Source of the DNA: Candidatus Buchananbacteria bacterium | GTDB lineage: Bacteria > Patescibacteriota > Patescibacteriia > 2-01-FULL-39-33 | Direction of reading: 5' to 3' | DNA length: 64,000 nt | Assembly (NCBI GenBank): GCA_041666945.1 | Contig: JBAYFY010000001.1 | Span: 182,627-246,626, forward strand | Shown: piece by piece, positions 9,321-19,180 of the stretch | How positions within the stretch are numbered: position 1 is the stretch's first letter | How the letters are laid out: every line of letters starts with the position of its first letter | The notes under the pieces: generated by a model | Told to the model about the DNA's origin: nothing | Database searches by the model: none | Seen by the model: the letters and a program-made list of their open reading frames with translations, nothing else | Program-made: the position numbers and the translations under genes

Positions 9321-10547
9321 ATGCCTGCGGAAAACAAAAAAAGAATTCTGATTTTTTCTTTGGCTTACCATCCTTTTGTGGGCGGAGCCGAAGTGGCCAT
9401 TAAAGAAATCACCGAGCGGCTGGGTGAAGATTTTGAATTTGACATGATTACGGCTAACTTGAGCGGCCATGAGCCGAAGGAAATTGAGAATTTTAACGGC
9501 ATCAGCCGGGTTTACCGTTTAGGCGCCGGAAAATTTGACAAGTATCGTTTTCCTTGGCTGGCGTACAACAAAGCGTTGGAGTTGCAGCAGAAAAACGATT
9601 ATGACGCGGTTTGGGCGATGATGGCCAATCAGGCGGGCTTGGCCGCCTTGAAATTCAAGCGTCGTTTTCCGCAGATTCCTTATTTATTGACTTTGCAAGA
9701 AGGGGACAGCGAACTGAATATCTGGCTGCGCACTTGGTTTATCCGGCCGATTTACAAGGCGATTTACCGCCGCGCCGATTATATTCAGGCGATCAGCAAT
9801 TTTTTGGCCAAGCGCGCCAAGCGTTTAGGCGCGAAATGTCCGATTGAAGTGGTGCCGAATGGCGGTGTTATCGAATTAAATTTAGTAGATTTAAAAGATT
9901 ACAGCAAACAAAAAAATAATGCCGAATTTGTTGCTGAATTTGATTCCACTATTGTGAAAGAAATAGAACAGATAAATAAAAATTTGAAAAAAGGTGATAA
10001 TTTAATCATAACTACTTCGCGATTAGTCAAGAAAAACGGAATAGTGTATTTAATACAGGCAATGAAATTTTTACCAAATAACTTTAAGTTAAGAATTATT
10101 GGTGACGGGAAGTTAAAATTAAAATTAAAAAAAACAGTTAAAAAATTAAATTTGAAAGATAGAGTTGAATTTATTGGTCAAATTGATTTTAGAAAATTGT
10201 ATAAATATTATTGGTATAAACCAATAATATTTGTCCGCCCGTCATTGTCGGAAGGATTGGGTAATGTTTTTTTGGAAGCGATGTCAATGAGTATTCCTGT
10301 AATTGGTACTAAAGTTGGTGGCATTCCTGATTTTTTGGTTGACGGCGAAACCGGCTGGTTCTGCAAAGTTAAAAATCCCGAAAGCATCGCGGAAAAAATC
10401 AATTACATTTTGTCTGAAAAAAATAAAGCCGAAGTTGAAAGAGTGGTTGAAAATGCCCAAAAATTAGTAGCCGAAAAGTATAATTGGAATAAAATAGCCG
10501 GCGAGATGAAAAATATTTTCAATAAATTGGCAAATGGACAAGAATAA
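9321..10547 (+). CDS. glycosyltransferase family 4, with an AT-rich mosaic C-terminal domain
   Basis: GT4 C-terminal domain motif EGLGNVFLEAMSMSIPVIGTKVGGIPDFLVDGETG. The segment from about 9860 to 10330 has sharply lower GC than its flanks. Confidence 0.8.
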   Translation: MPAENKKRILIFSLAYHPFVGGAEVAIKEITERLGEDFEFDMITANLSGHEPKEIENFNGISRVYRLGAGKFDKYRFPWLAYNKALELQQKNDYDAVWAMMANQAGLAALKFKRRFPQIPYLLTLQEGDSELNIWLRTWFIRPIYKAIYRRADYIQAISNFLAKRAKRLGAKCPIEVVPNGGVIELNLVDLKDYSKQKNNAEFVAEFDSTIVKEIEQINKNLKKGDNLIITTSRLVKKNGIVYLIQAMKFLPNNFKLRIIGDGKLKLKLKKTVKKLNLKDRVEFIGQIDFRKLYKYYWYKPIIFVRPSLSEGLGNVFLEAMSMSIPVIGTKVGGIPDFLVDGETGWFCKVKNPESIAEKINYILSEKNKAEVERVVENAQKLVAEKYNWNKIAGEMKNIFNKLANGQE

Positions 10548-11685
10548 CACAAAAATTTTAATCGCCACCGGCATTTATCCGCCGGATATCGGCGGCCCGG
10601 CCACGATGCTTGAAGCGCTGGCCTCGTCTTTGCGCGCCGAGGGTTTTGGCGTCAAGGTCATCACTTACTCCGGCCAAAAACGTTCAGAGCAAGACGTTTA
10701 TCGGGTGTTGAAAAACAGAATTTTCAGCCGCTTGCATTATTTTCTGGCTATGTTTTTTTTGTCTTTTGACGCCGATCTGATTTATGTAACCGATATTTAC
10801 AGCGTCGGCTGGTTTGCCAATCTGATAAAAAAGTTGACCGGCAAAAAATATTTGGTCAGGTTTGCCGGCGATGCCGCCTGGGAAACAGCCACTTCTAACG
10901 GTTGGACGACCGACTACATCACGGATTTTGAAAAAAATAATTATAATCAACGGATTGAAAAAATGAAAGCGCGCCGCCGCCGGATTTTAACGGAAGCTGA
11001 TGCGGTTATCGCCGTCAGTAATTTTATGGGCGACTTGGCCAAGCTGATCGGCGTTGATTCGGCAAAAATAAATGTCATATACAATGCGATTGATTTTAGC
11101 GATGAAACCGGCGTTAACGAGTCGGTTGCCGCCGATCTGCCCAAGGGCGGCCAAATTATCATGACGGTTTGCCGATTGACCAAATGGAAGGGCGTTGATC
11201 AGTTAATCAAGGCCATGCCGGAGATTATCAAGCGTTTGCCCCGGGTTTATTTGATTATTTTAGGCGACGGGCCGGAACTGGAAAGCTTGCAGGATTTAGC
11301 CCGGTCTTTGAATCTGGCCGATCAGGTAAAATTTCTTAACCGCATACCGCATGAAAACGTTTTGGAATATTTAAGCCGGGCCGACGTTTTCGTTTTAAAC
11401 ACCAATTATGAAGGTTTATCCCATACTTTACTGGAAGCCATAAAAGCCGGAACCCCGGTGATCGCCACCAATGTCGGCGGCAATCCTGAAGTTGTTACTG
11501 ACAACCAAAACGGACTGTTGGTAGATTATAACGATCAAAGCCGGTTAACCGAAGCGATTTGCCAATTATTGACTGACAGGCCGTTAGCCAAAAGATTGGC
11601 TGAAGCGGCGACGATTAAGTTAAAGGATTTTTCTTGGCGGCAAACAGTGGATAAAACTGTTGATTTATTGAAAAAATTGCGATGA
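10534..11685 (+). CDS. glycosyltransferase family 4
   Basis: EGLSHTLLEAIKAGTPVIATNVGGNPEVV. Overlaps the upstream gene by 14 nt. Confidence 0.85.
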   Translation: MDKNNTKILIATGIYPPDIGGPATMLEALASSLRAEGFGVKVITYSGQKRSEQDVYRVLKNRIFSRLHYFLAMFFLSFDADLIYVTDIYSVGWFANLIKKLTGKKYLVRFAGDAAWETATSNGWTTDYITDFEKNNYNQRIEKMKARRRRILTEADAVIAVSNFMGDLAKLIGVDSAKINVIYNAIDFSDETGVNESVAADLPKGGQIIMTVCRLTKWKGVDQLIKAMPEIIKRLPRVYLIILGDGPELESLQDLARSLNLADQVKFLNRIPHENVLEYLSRADVFVLNTNYEGLSHTLLEAIKAGTPVIATNVGGNPEVVTDNQNGLLVDYNDQSRLTEAICQLLTDRPLAKRLAEAATIKLKDFSWRQTVDKTVDLLKKLR

Positions 11686-13127
11686 AAAAAGTTTTATTGG
11701 TTAATCCCGAATTCAATATTGTCAAAGATAATTACGACAGCTCTATTTCTGTCGGTCTGTTGAGTATCGCGACGTATTTAAACAGCCAAGGAGTGGAAGT
11801 GAAAATAATAGACGGCGTCAGGCAAAAGGATTATCTGGCTTTATTGGAGCGAGCGATTAAGGAATTTGACCTTGTAGGCATTTCGGTCATGACCATGCAG
11901 ATTTCCAATGCTTTGAAGGTTTCCGAGTTGATAAGAAAGCTTAATCCCGCCGCGACGATTGTCTGGGGCGGCTCGCATCCGACTTTTTTTATTGAGCAGA
12001 CGGCCAAAAATCCCTTGATTGACGCGGTGTGTTTTGGCGAAGGGGAGGAAACCATGTTGCGATTGGCGCAGGGCCTGCCGTACGCTGAAGTTAAAGGCCT
12101 TGCCTATCGCGATTCCGGCGCGGTCGTCATTAATCAGCCGCAACCCCTGCATCGGCCGCAGTCCATGCCGCTGTTCAATTGGGATTTGGTGCCTCCGGAA
12201 ATCAGAGATCACTTGTATTTGATTCCCTCGCTGACTTCGCGCGGCTGTCCGCATCGCTGCACCTTTTGCATTAACGCGATTTTAAAAAATCAATGGCGCG
12301 CCCGAACCGTGGAACAAGTGCTTGAGGATTTGCGGATAATCAAAACCAAAGAATACTTCAAAGATAAAAAACTGCGTTTTTGGGACGAGAATTTTTTTGT
12401 GGATATCGGTCGCGCTAAAGCGATTATTGCCGGAATGATCAGGGAGAATCTGGTGTTGCCATGGGAAACCACCGTTCGCGCCGACTATATCAGGCCGGGC
12501 AAAATAGATGACGAATTTTTGGCCGAACTTAAGCGGTCCGGCTGTTATTTGCTGTCTTTTGGAGCTGAATCCGGCAGTAGCCACGTTTTAAAAATGATAA
12601 AAAAGGATGTTACGGCCGATGACATAGTCGCTTCCGCCGCCGCTTGCCTCAAACACGGCATCATACCCCAGTATTCATTTATGATCGGTTTGCCCGGCGA
12701 AACGCGAAGCGACATGCAGGATACCCTGAAACTGATTGACCGCTTGGTTGCTTTAAGCGACGAAGTCCAGATTTTGGGCCCGCAGGCCTTCCGCCCCTAT
12801 CCCGGATCGGAATTGTACGAGGAATGCGTTAAGGCCGGCTGGCAAGAACCGCAATCGCTGGAGGACTGGAAAAAAGTTTCGGAAAATGAATTGAGTTATA
12901 TGTCAGTCAAGAATTTCCCTTGGGTCAAAAACAAAGATTTTGTGGAATCAATGGAGGCCTATGTCAGGTTCGGCGCCCTGCCGTTTAAAAGCGCGATGAA
13001 TTCAACTATTTCTTCCAACAGATTGCTGAAATTTTGTTTCATTTGTTTATGCAAGTTGCGCTGGAAATTAAAGTTTTTTGCCTGGCCGTTGGAATTTAAA
13101 TTAGCCAAAAGATTTGTCACTAAATAA
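11682..13127 (+). CDS. B12-binding domain radical SAM protein (class B)
   Basis: N-terminal cobalamin-binding Rossmann region (LVGISVMT...VWGGSHPT, GEGEET) and radical SAM cluster SRGCPHRCTFC. ATGA overlap with the upstream gene. Confidence 0.85.
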   Translation: MKKVLLVNPEFNIVKDNYDSSISVGLLSIATYLNSQGVEVKIIDGVRQKDYLALLERAIKEFDLVGISVMTMQISNALKVSELIRKLNPAATIVWGGSHPTFFIEQTAKNPLIDAVCFGEGEETMLRLAQGLPYAEVKGLAYRDSGAVVINQPQPLHRPQSMPLFNWDLVPPEIRDHLYLIPSLTSRGCPHRCTFCINAILKNQWRARTVEQVLEDLRIIKTKEYFKDKKLRFWDENFFVDIGRAKAIIAGMIRENLVLPWETTVRADYIRPGKIDDEFLAELKRSGCYLLSFGAESGSSHVLKMIKKDVTADDIVASAAACLKHGIIPQYSFMIGLPGETRSDMQDTLKLIDRLVALSDEVQILGPQAFRPYPGSELYEECVKAGWQEPQSLEDWKKVSENELSYMSVKNFPWVKNKDFVESMEAYVRFGALPFKSAMNSTISSNRLLKFCFICLCKLRWKLKFFAWPLEFKLAKRFVTK

Positions 13128-13135
13128 TCATCGAC

Positions 13136-15334
13136 ATGAAAATATTAAATTTAGGCACGGATAAAGGCGTTTTTGTCCCGTCAGCGCCTGTGGCGCGGCG
13201 CTTGGTTGAGTATGGCGCCATGACCGACGGCTACGACATCATCGTGCCCGACAAACAGCCGAAAAAAAATAAATTGTCAGAAAAAGTAACCGCTTACGGC
13301 ACGGGCGGCAACAACAGATTGTCGGCTCTGCTCAAGACGTACCGGTTGGCGAAAAAATTATTCCGTCAAAACAATTACGACGTGATAACGGTTCAGGATC
13401 CTTTTGAATTGTCGCTGATAGGATTGTTGTTGGCCAAAAAATTCAATTGCGCCCTAAACATCCAAGAGCACGGCGATTTTTTCAGCACGACTCATTGGCG
13501 CAATGAGAATCCGATTAATTTTTGCCGTTACTATCTGGGACGCTGGCTGATCAAGCGGGCCGACAGCGTGCGCGCAGTCAGCGAGCGGATAAAAGATACG
13601 TTGATTAAGGATTTGCAGATAGCCGAAGATAAAATCGTGGTCGTCTCAGTTTACGTAAAAACAGACCGGCCGGCCGGGGGAAACAAGCCGGAAATCTTTG
13701 ACTGTTTGACCGGCAAGACCGTTTTTTTAACGATGGCGCGGCTGGTGAAGCAGAAAAATTTGCCGTTACTGGTTCGGTCTTTCGCTCTTGTCGTCAAACA
13801 GTCGCCGGACGCGGCCTTGCTTATTGTCGGCCGCGGTCCGGAAAAGGATAAATTGGCCAAACAAATAAAAGAATCGGGTCTGGAAGATAAAATTTTTCTG
13901 GTTGACTGGACCGACAGTATTTATGATTATTACAATTCGGCCGATGTTTATGTTTTAAGTTCCAATTACGAGGGCTGGGGGATGGTTGCAATAGAAGCCG
14001 CCAGTTGCGGCCTGCCCATAGTGATGACTGATGTCGGTTGCGCCGGCGAAGCGGTCAAGGACGGAGAGAGCGCTTTAGTCGTGCCTCTGGACGATGAGAA
14101 AAAATTGGCCGACGCCATGAAAAAACTTATCCAGGACGCTGATTTGCGCCGACGGCTTGGCCAATCGGCTAAGTTGGCGATTAACGCCCTGCCTACCCGC
14201 GAAGGGAATTTGGCGCTTTATTTAAAAAGCTGGCAAATCGCCAAAGACAAGAAAGGTCCGCAAACCTGCAAACATTTTTGGCCGGTTTTGGTACTCTTGG
14301 CGGTTGTGGCGTTAAATGTTTTCATGCGGCTTGATTTCGTCGGTTTTAGCGTCAATGGCGATGCCTATCAGTATATGGAAACGGCTAAATTGTTTATGAA
14401 CCAGCCGGCGGAAAGTTTTCCTTCCAGAATCTTGAAACCGTTGGGGCCGTTGGGCATTGCCTGGTTATCACCCTTAACCGGGGGCGATTTATCGGCGGCA
14501 TTTGAGGCGGAAGCGATTATATTTTATATTTTTTTGGCCTTGGCCGTTTATGCGCTGTTTAATTTGTTTTTTAAGGATAAGTGGCTGGCTTTGACAGGCG
14601 CATTGATTTATATTTCTTCCTATCCGTTGCTTAAATACGGCTTGGATTTATTCACTGAGTCGGGCGCGCAATTATTCTGGGTTCTGGCCGCCATCGGCGT
14701 TGTCAGGTTTTATAAGCGGCCGAATAATTTTAATTTATTTTTGACTTCGCTGATGGTTGTCGTCGGCATGCTGTGGAAAGAATACAGCAGCTTGGGCATG
14801 GTTTTCCTGTATTTGGTGATATTTTTCCATCCGCTGCTGCCCGCGGGCGAGAAATTTAAAAAAATATTTTTATCCACCGTTGCGGTCGGTTTGCCCCTGA
14901 TTGCCTGGCAGGTCGTGGTTTATTTCAATTATCATTATTCGTATTTGGACTGGTATAAGTTAGGTATCAGCGCTCCCAGCGGTTCGGAGTATCAGCCGTT
15001 TTTCGTCGTTAAGAGTATTGTCGGCGTTTATTTGGCCGCTTGGTTATTGGTGCCGCTGGGACTGATCAACTGGCGGGAGTTCACCGTTGATCAAAAATTC
15101 CTGATCAAGTGCATGATTTTGCCGTCTTTTATGTTTTTGCTTTGGACCGGCGTATCATCGCGTCTGTATTTTGTCCTGGCTTTGCTTTTAACTTTGCTGG
15201 CAATCAACGGATTAAAAAAATATTTTCACCGCTGCCCAAGCCGAGCCGCGGTCGTTGCCGTTATTATTTTGATTGATTATTTATGGTTGCTGACCAGCGA
15301 CGGGTTCAGGGAATTTTTCAGCAGATTTCTTTAA
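13136..15334 (+). CDS. fusion: N-terminal GT4 glycosyltransferase + C-terminal roughly 350-aa polytopic membrane domain
   Basis: GT4 motif EGWGMVAIEAASCGLPIVMTDVGCAGEAV in residues 1 to about 370. About 10 predicted TM helices from about residue 380 to the end. Confidence 0.7.
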   Translation: MKILNLGTDKGVFVPSAPVARRLVEYGAMTDGYDIIVPDKQPKKNKLSEKVTAYGTGGNNRLSALLKTYRLAKKLFRQNNYDVITVQDPFELSLIGLLLAKKFNCALNIQEHGDFFSTTHWRNENPINFCRYYLGRWLIKRADSVRAVSERIKDTLIKDLQIAEDKIVVVSVYVKTDRPAGGNKPEIFDCLTGKTVFLTMARLVKQKNLPLLVRSFALVVKQSPDAALLIVGRGPEKDKLAKQIKESGLEDKIFLVDWTDSIYDYYNSADVYVLSSNYEGWGMVAIEAASCGLPIVMTDVGCAGEAVKDGESALVVPLDDEKKLADAMKKLIQDADLRRRLGQSAKLAINALPTREGNLALYLKSWQIAKDKKGPQTCKHFWPVLVLLAVVALNVFMRLDFVGFSVNGDAYQYMETAKLFMNQPAESFPSRILKPLGPLGIAWLSPLTGGDLSAAFEAEAIIFYIFLALAVYALFNLFFKDKWLALTGALIYISSYPLLKYGLDLFTESGAQLFWVLAAIGVVRFYKRPNNFNLFLTSLMVVVGMLWKEYSSLGMVFLYLVIFFHPLLPAGEKFKKIFLSTVAVGLPLIAWQVVVYFNYHYSYLDWYKLGISAPSGSEYQPFFVVKSIVGVYLAAWLLVPLGLINWREFTVDQKFLIKCMILPSFMFLLWTGVSSRLYFVLALLLTLLAINGLKKYFHRCPSRAAVVAVIILIDYLWLLTSDGFREFFSRFL

Positions 15335-15337
15335 AGT

Positions 15338-16810
15338 ATGACGCAAGACAATCAAAAAAATTTGGATTGCCTGTTGATCGCTCCGCCTGATTATTACGGC
15401 GATGAGGATAATATTTGGCGGGAGATTAATTCTAATTTTCCTCCTTTGGGTTTGGCTTCCATCGCCGGCTATATTCGCCAACAGGGCCAGGCCGTGGAAA
15501 TAATCGATTGCGAGGTTTCCTGCCCTTCAGTCAGGGCTTTTGGCGATTATTTAAGGGATAATTTTATTAATCGCCGCAGAGACATCAGAGTGATAGGTTT
15601 TACCGCCACCACCGGCCAAATCAAAAAAGCTTATCAAGCCGCGGAAATTTGCCGGTCATATTATCCTAATGCCCTGATTGTTTTCGGCGGCGTTCACGCG
15701 ACCTTCGTTACTGACGAAGTTATTAATCAGCCGTTTATTGATTTGGCGGTAGTGGGTGAGGGAGAAATTACTTTGGGAGAAATATTATCCGGTAAAAATA
15801 TCGGGGAGATTGAGGGCGTGGTGTATAAGAAAGAGCTAAACGGCCAAAAGCAGATAATCCGCAACGCGCCGCGCCGGCGGATTGCCAATTTGGACGACTT
15901 GCCTTTGCCGGCTTATGATTTATTGCCGATTGACAAATATCGGCCGGCCAAAGGTTCATACAAAAAGCTGCCGGCTATGAGTTTGATGACCAGCCGCGGT
16001 TGTCCGGGGCGTTGCACTTTTTGCAATAAGACCCTGGGTGATCAGATGATTTTCAAATCGGCCGCCGGAATTTTTGCCGAAATAAAATATTTGGCCGCTA
16101 ATTACGGCATCAGGCAAATAATGTTTTATGACGATACTTTCACCGTCTTTCGCCAGAATGTCATTGATTTATGCGACCTGCTGTTAAAGAATAAAATGGA
16201 TTTGTCCTGGACATGTTTTGCCCGGGTGGATTACGTCGATGAAGCCATGTTGCGGAAAATGTCCGACGCCGGTTGCCATCAGATTATGTACGGCGTGGAA
16301 AATATTGACGAAGCCGTATTAAAAAATATCAATAAAAAAATAAATTTAACCCAAGTGATTAATGCCGTCAAATGGACCAAGCAGGCGGGGATAGAGTGCC
16401 GTTTGGCTTTCATGGTGGGCAACCCCGGCGATGATCGCCAAGTGATTGAGAAAAATATCCGCTTTATCAAAAAAATCAATCCCGATCTGCTGATCGTCAA
16501 TATCACCACGCCTTTTCCCGGCACGGCCATGTTTGATTGGGCCAAGGAACGCGGTTTGCTGTTGAGCGAGAACTGGGACGACTTTAATCTGGCCAAGCCG
16601 GTCATGAGATTGGAAAATCTTTCGGCGGCGGAAATAAAGGATTTATATAAAATCATGTACCGCAGTTTTTATTTTCGGCCGAAGTTCGTTCTTAAAAAAG
16701 TTTTTAGCATCAGATCGTTTGCTGACGCAAGAATTTTGCTTGACGGCTTTATGGCCCTGGTTTCATTTTTTATGCCCAAACGGTCGGGTGATGATATAAA
16801 AAGCGTTTAA
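15338..16810 (+). CDS. B12-binding domain radical SAM protein (class B)
   Basis: LPLPAYDLLP motif; cluster SRGCPGRCTFC; B12 region GGVHATF, GEGE. Confidence 0.85.
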   Translation: MTQDNQKNLDCLLIAPPDYYGDEDNIWREINSNFPPLGLASIAGYIRQQGQAVEIIDCEVSCPSVRAFGDYLRDNFINRRRDIRVIGFTATTGQIKKAYQAAEICRSYYPNALIVFGGVHATFVTDEVINQPFIDLAVVGEGEITLGEILSGKNIGEIEGVVYKKELNGQKQIIRNAPRRRIANLDDLPLPAYDLLPIDKYRPAKGSYKKLPAMSLMTSRGCPGRCTFCNKTLGDQMIFKSAAGIFAEIKYLAANYGIRQIMFYDDTFTVFRQNVIDLCDLLLKNKMDLSWTCFARVDYVDEAMLRKMSDAGCHQIMYGVENIDEAVLKNINKKINLTQVINAVKWTKQAGIECRLAFMVGNPGDDRQVIEKNIRFIKKINPDLLIVNITTPFPGTAMFDWAKERGLLLSENWDDFNLAKPVMRLENLSAAEIKDLYKIMYRSFYFRPKFVLKKVFSIRSFADARILLDGFMALVSFFMPKRSGDDIKSV

Positions 16811-16825
16811 TATTAATGATATTTT

Positions 16826-17521
16826 ATGAAATTGTCAGTTATTATACCGGTTTATAATGAACGGAAAACTATTTTGGAATTATTGCGCCGGGTTGAAGCG
16901 GTGCCTCTTTCAGGCGTAACCAAAGAAATCATCATCATTGATGACGGCTCCACCGATGGCACAAGAGAAGTCATTTCTGATTTTAGAGATAGATGCACGA
17001 TCATCCTAAAAGATAAAAATGAAGGCAAGGGTTCGGCCATTAAGCGCGGCCTTTCTGCGGCAACCGGCGACTTGCTGATCATCCAAGACGCCGATTTGGA
17101 ATATAACCCGCAAGAATATCAAGAAATTTTAGAGCCGATCATTAACGGCCAGGCCGATGTCGTTTACGGCTCGCGTTTCATCACCAGCAAACCGCACCGC
17201 GTTTTCTTTTTTTGGCATTATCTGGGCAACACTTTTTTGACAATCTTTTCCAATATTATGAGCAATTTGACTTTGACTGACATGGAAACTTGCTATAAGG
17301 CGTTTAATCGTCCGGTTATTGATTATTTAAAAAGCCGCTTGACTGCCAAGAGGTTCGGCGTTGAACCGGAAATTACCGCCTTGATCGCCAAAGGCAAATT
17401 TCGGATTTATGAAGTCGGCATTTCTTATTCCGGCCGCACTTATGAGGAAGGCAAGAAGGTTAATTGGAAAGACGGCCTGGCGGCGGTTTGGTATATTATT
17501 AAATTTAATTTATGGAAATAA
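16826..17521 (+). CDS. GT2 polyprenyl-phosphate sugar synthase (DPM1/GtrB/ArnC-like)
   Basis: SVIIPVYNE, IIIDDGSTDGT, DADLEY; about 230 aa. Confidence 0.85.
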   Translation: MKLSVIIPVYNERKTILELLRRVEAVPLSGVTKEIIIIDDGSTDGTREVISDFRDRCTIILKDKNEGKGSAIKRGLSAATGDLLIIQDADLEYNPQEYQEILEPIINGQADVVYGSRFITSKPHRVFFFWHYLGNTFLTIFSNIMSNLTLTDMETCYKAFNRPVIDYLKSRLTAKRFGVEPEITALIAKGKFRIYEVGISYSGRTYEEGKKVNWKDGLAAVWYIIKFNLWK

Positions 17522-18114
17522 CCAGTCCCGCCGCCCCCACCAGAGGTTACGGCGTGTTAGAGAAATATTTGGCTAAGCGGCGGGCGCAAAAAGTTGACCG
17601 ATTGATTCCCGCGAATTTAAGATCGGGAGCCATTCTTGATATTGGTTGCGGTTCTTATCCTTATTTTTTGACACAGATTAAGTTTGCCGACAAAGTCGGA
17701 TTAGACAAATCGGTGAACGAAGAAGGGATTGCCGGAATCAATCTGAAAAAATATGAATTCAAATCCGGCGACGATTTGCCCGTTGCTCTCGGCGGCTTTA
17801 CCGTTGTAACCATGTTGGCCGTTTTGGAACATCTGGATGAAACAGCGGCTTTAAATGTTTTAACCCAATCTTGCCGGGCGCTTGTTCCCGGCGGCTTGTT
17901 GATTGTAACGACGCCCTGGGGCAAAACCAAGGGTTTATTGACGTTACTGGCCGCGCTTAAGATAGTTTCGCCGGAAGAAATTAACGAGCATCAGCAGTTC
18001 TATAGCCGTCAAGATTTATTCAGGCAGCTTGTTGCCGCCGGTTTTACGGCTGATAAAATTACCATAGGAAGCTTTGAATTAGGTTTAAATTTATATGCCC
18101 TCGCCAGAAAATAA
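17512..18114 (+). CDS. class I SAM-dependent methyltransferase
   Basis: Motif I ILDIGCGSYPY; motif II-like VTMLAVLEHLDE; PGGLLIV. Confidence 0.75.
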   Translation: MEITSPAAPTRGYGVLEKYLAKRRAQKVDRLIPANLRSGAILDIGCGSYPYFLTQIKFADKVGLDKSVNEEGIAGINLKKYEFKSGDDLPVALGGFTVVTMLAVLEHLDETAALNVLTQSCRALVPGGLLIVTTPWGKTKGLLTLLAALKIVSPEEINEHQQFYSRQDLFRQLVAAGFTADKITIGSFELGLNLYALARK

Positions 18115-19180
18115 AAAATTGAAATTATTAATCCTGACCCAAAAAGTAGATAACGCCGACGGCTTACTCGGGTTCTTTCATGATTGGCTTAAAGAATTCG
18201 CCAACAATTTTTCCCAAGTAACCGTTATTTGTTTATTTAAGGGCGGATATGATTTGCCTGGCAATGTCAGGGTTTTATCTTTAGGCAAAGAAGACAAGCC
18301 GTCGCGTTGGCGGTATTTGTGGCGTTTTTATAAATACCTTTGGCTGGTTCGCCGTGATTATGACGCTGTTTTCGTCCATATCAACGTGGTTTACATTATC
18401 CTGGCCGGTTTAATCTGGCGCTGGCAGGGCAAGCCGGTCGGCTTATGGTACGCGCATAAGGCGGTTGATTTGAAATTAAGATTAGCCGAGCCGTTAACCG
18501 ATATGATTTTTACCGCCTCGCCCGAAAGTTTCCGCCTCGCCAGCGCCAAAGTGAAAGTCATCGGCCACGGCATTGATGTTGACAAATTTTCTTTAAAAGA
18601 TTGGGCGGAAGCAAAACAGGACAAAATCAAAATTATCAGCGTCGGCCGGATCAGTGAAATAAAAAATCAATTATTATTAATCAGGGCCGTTGATATTTTA
18701 GCGCATAAATCAGAAATAAAAAATCTAGCTGTGTCTTTTATCGGTTCGCCGCCGAATATTGAGGGTTTGGGTTATGCCGCTTTGCTGAAAGAGGAAGTAA
18801 AGAAGTTACAACTGGAGCCGTACGTTAGCTGGCTGGGCAATATTCCCAACAAGGATTTGCCCCGTTATTATCAACAAGCCGATTTAAGCGTTAATTTATG
18901 CCCCACCGGGGGATTAGACAAGGTGGTCTTGGAATCGCTGGCTTGCGGCGTGCCGGCCATAGTTTATAATCAAACCTTTTCCGCTATCTTGGGCGATTAT
19001 AAGGATTTGTTATTATTGACAAGCGCCGACGCTCAAGAGTTGGCTGAAAAAATCAAAAAAATCGTCGGGCTGGATTTACCCGGCAAACGGACTATGGCTT
19101 CTGATTTGCGCCGCATTGTCGTATCCTCTTACAGCATAAAAAATTTGGTTATTAACATCAGAAAGGCCTATGACAGATAA
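18095..19180 (+). CDS. GT-B glycosyltransferase (GT4-like)
   Basis: C-terminal ISVGRISEIKNQ ... ESLACGVPAIVYN. Confidence 0.6.
   Translation: MPSPENKKLKLLILTQKVDNADGLLGFFHDWLKEFANNFSQVTVICLFKGGYDLPGNVRVLSLGKEDKPSRWRYLWRFYKYLWLVRRDYDAVFVHINVVYIILAGLIWRWQGKPVGLWYAHKAVDLKLRLAEPLTDMIFTASPESFRLASAKVKVIGHGIDVDKFSLKDWAEAKQDKIKIISVGRISEIKNQLLLIRAVDILAHKSEIKNLAVSFIGSPPNIEGLGYAALLKEEVKKLQLEPYVSWLGNIPNKDLPRYYQQADLSVNLCPTGGLDKVVLESLACGVPAIVYNQTFSAILGDYKDLLLLTSADAQELAEKIKKIVGLDLPGKRTMASDLRRIVVSSYSIKNLVINIRKAYDR

Noticed and set aside
10080-10160. Poly-A/AT low-complexity tract (KLKLKLKKTVKKLNLK) as an independent repeat or insertion
   Set aside because: It stays in-frame and corresponds to the normal helix-rich linker of a GT4 C-terminal domain. 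It is part of the AT-rich mosaic segment, not a separate element.
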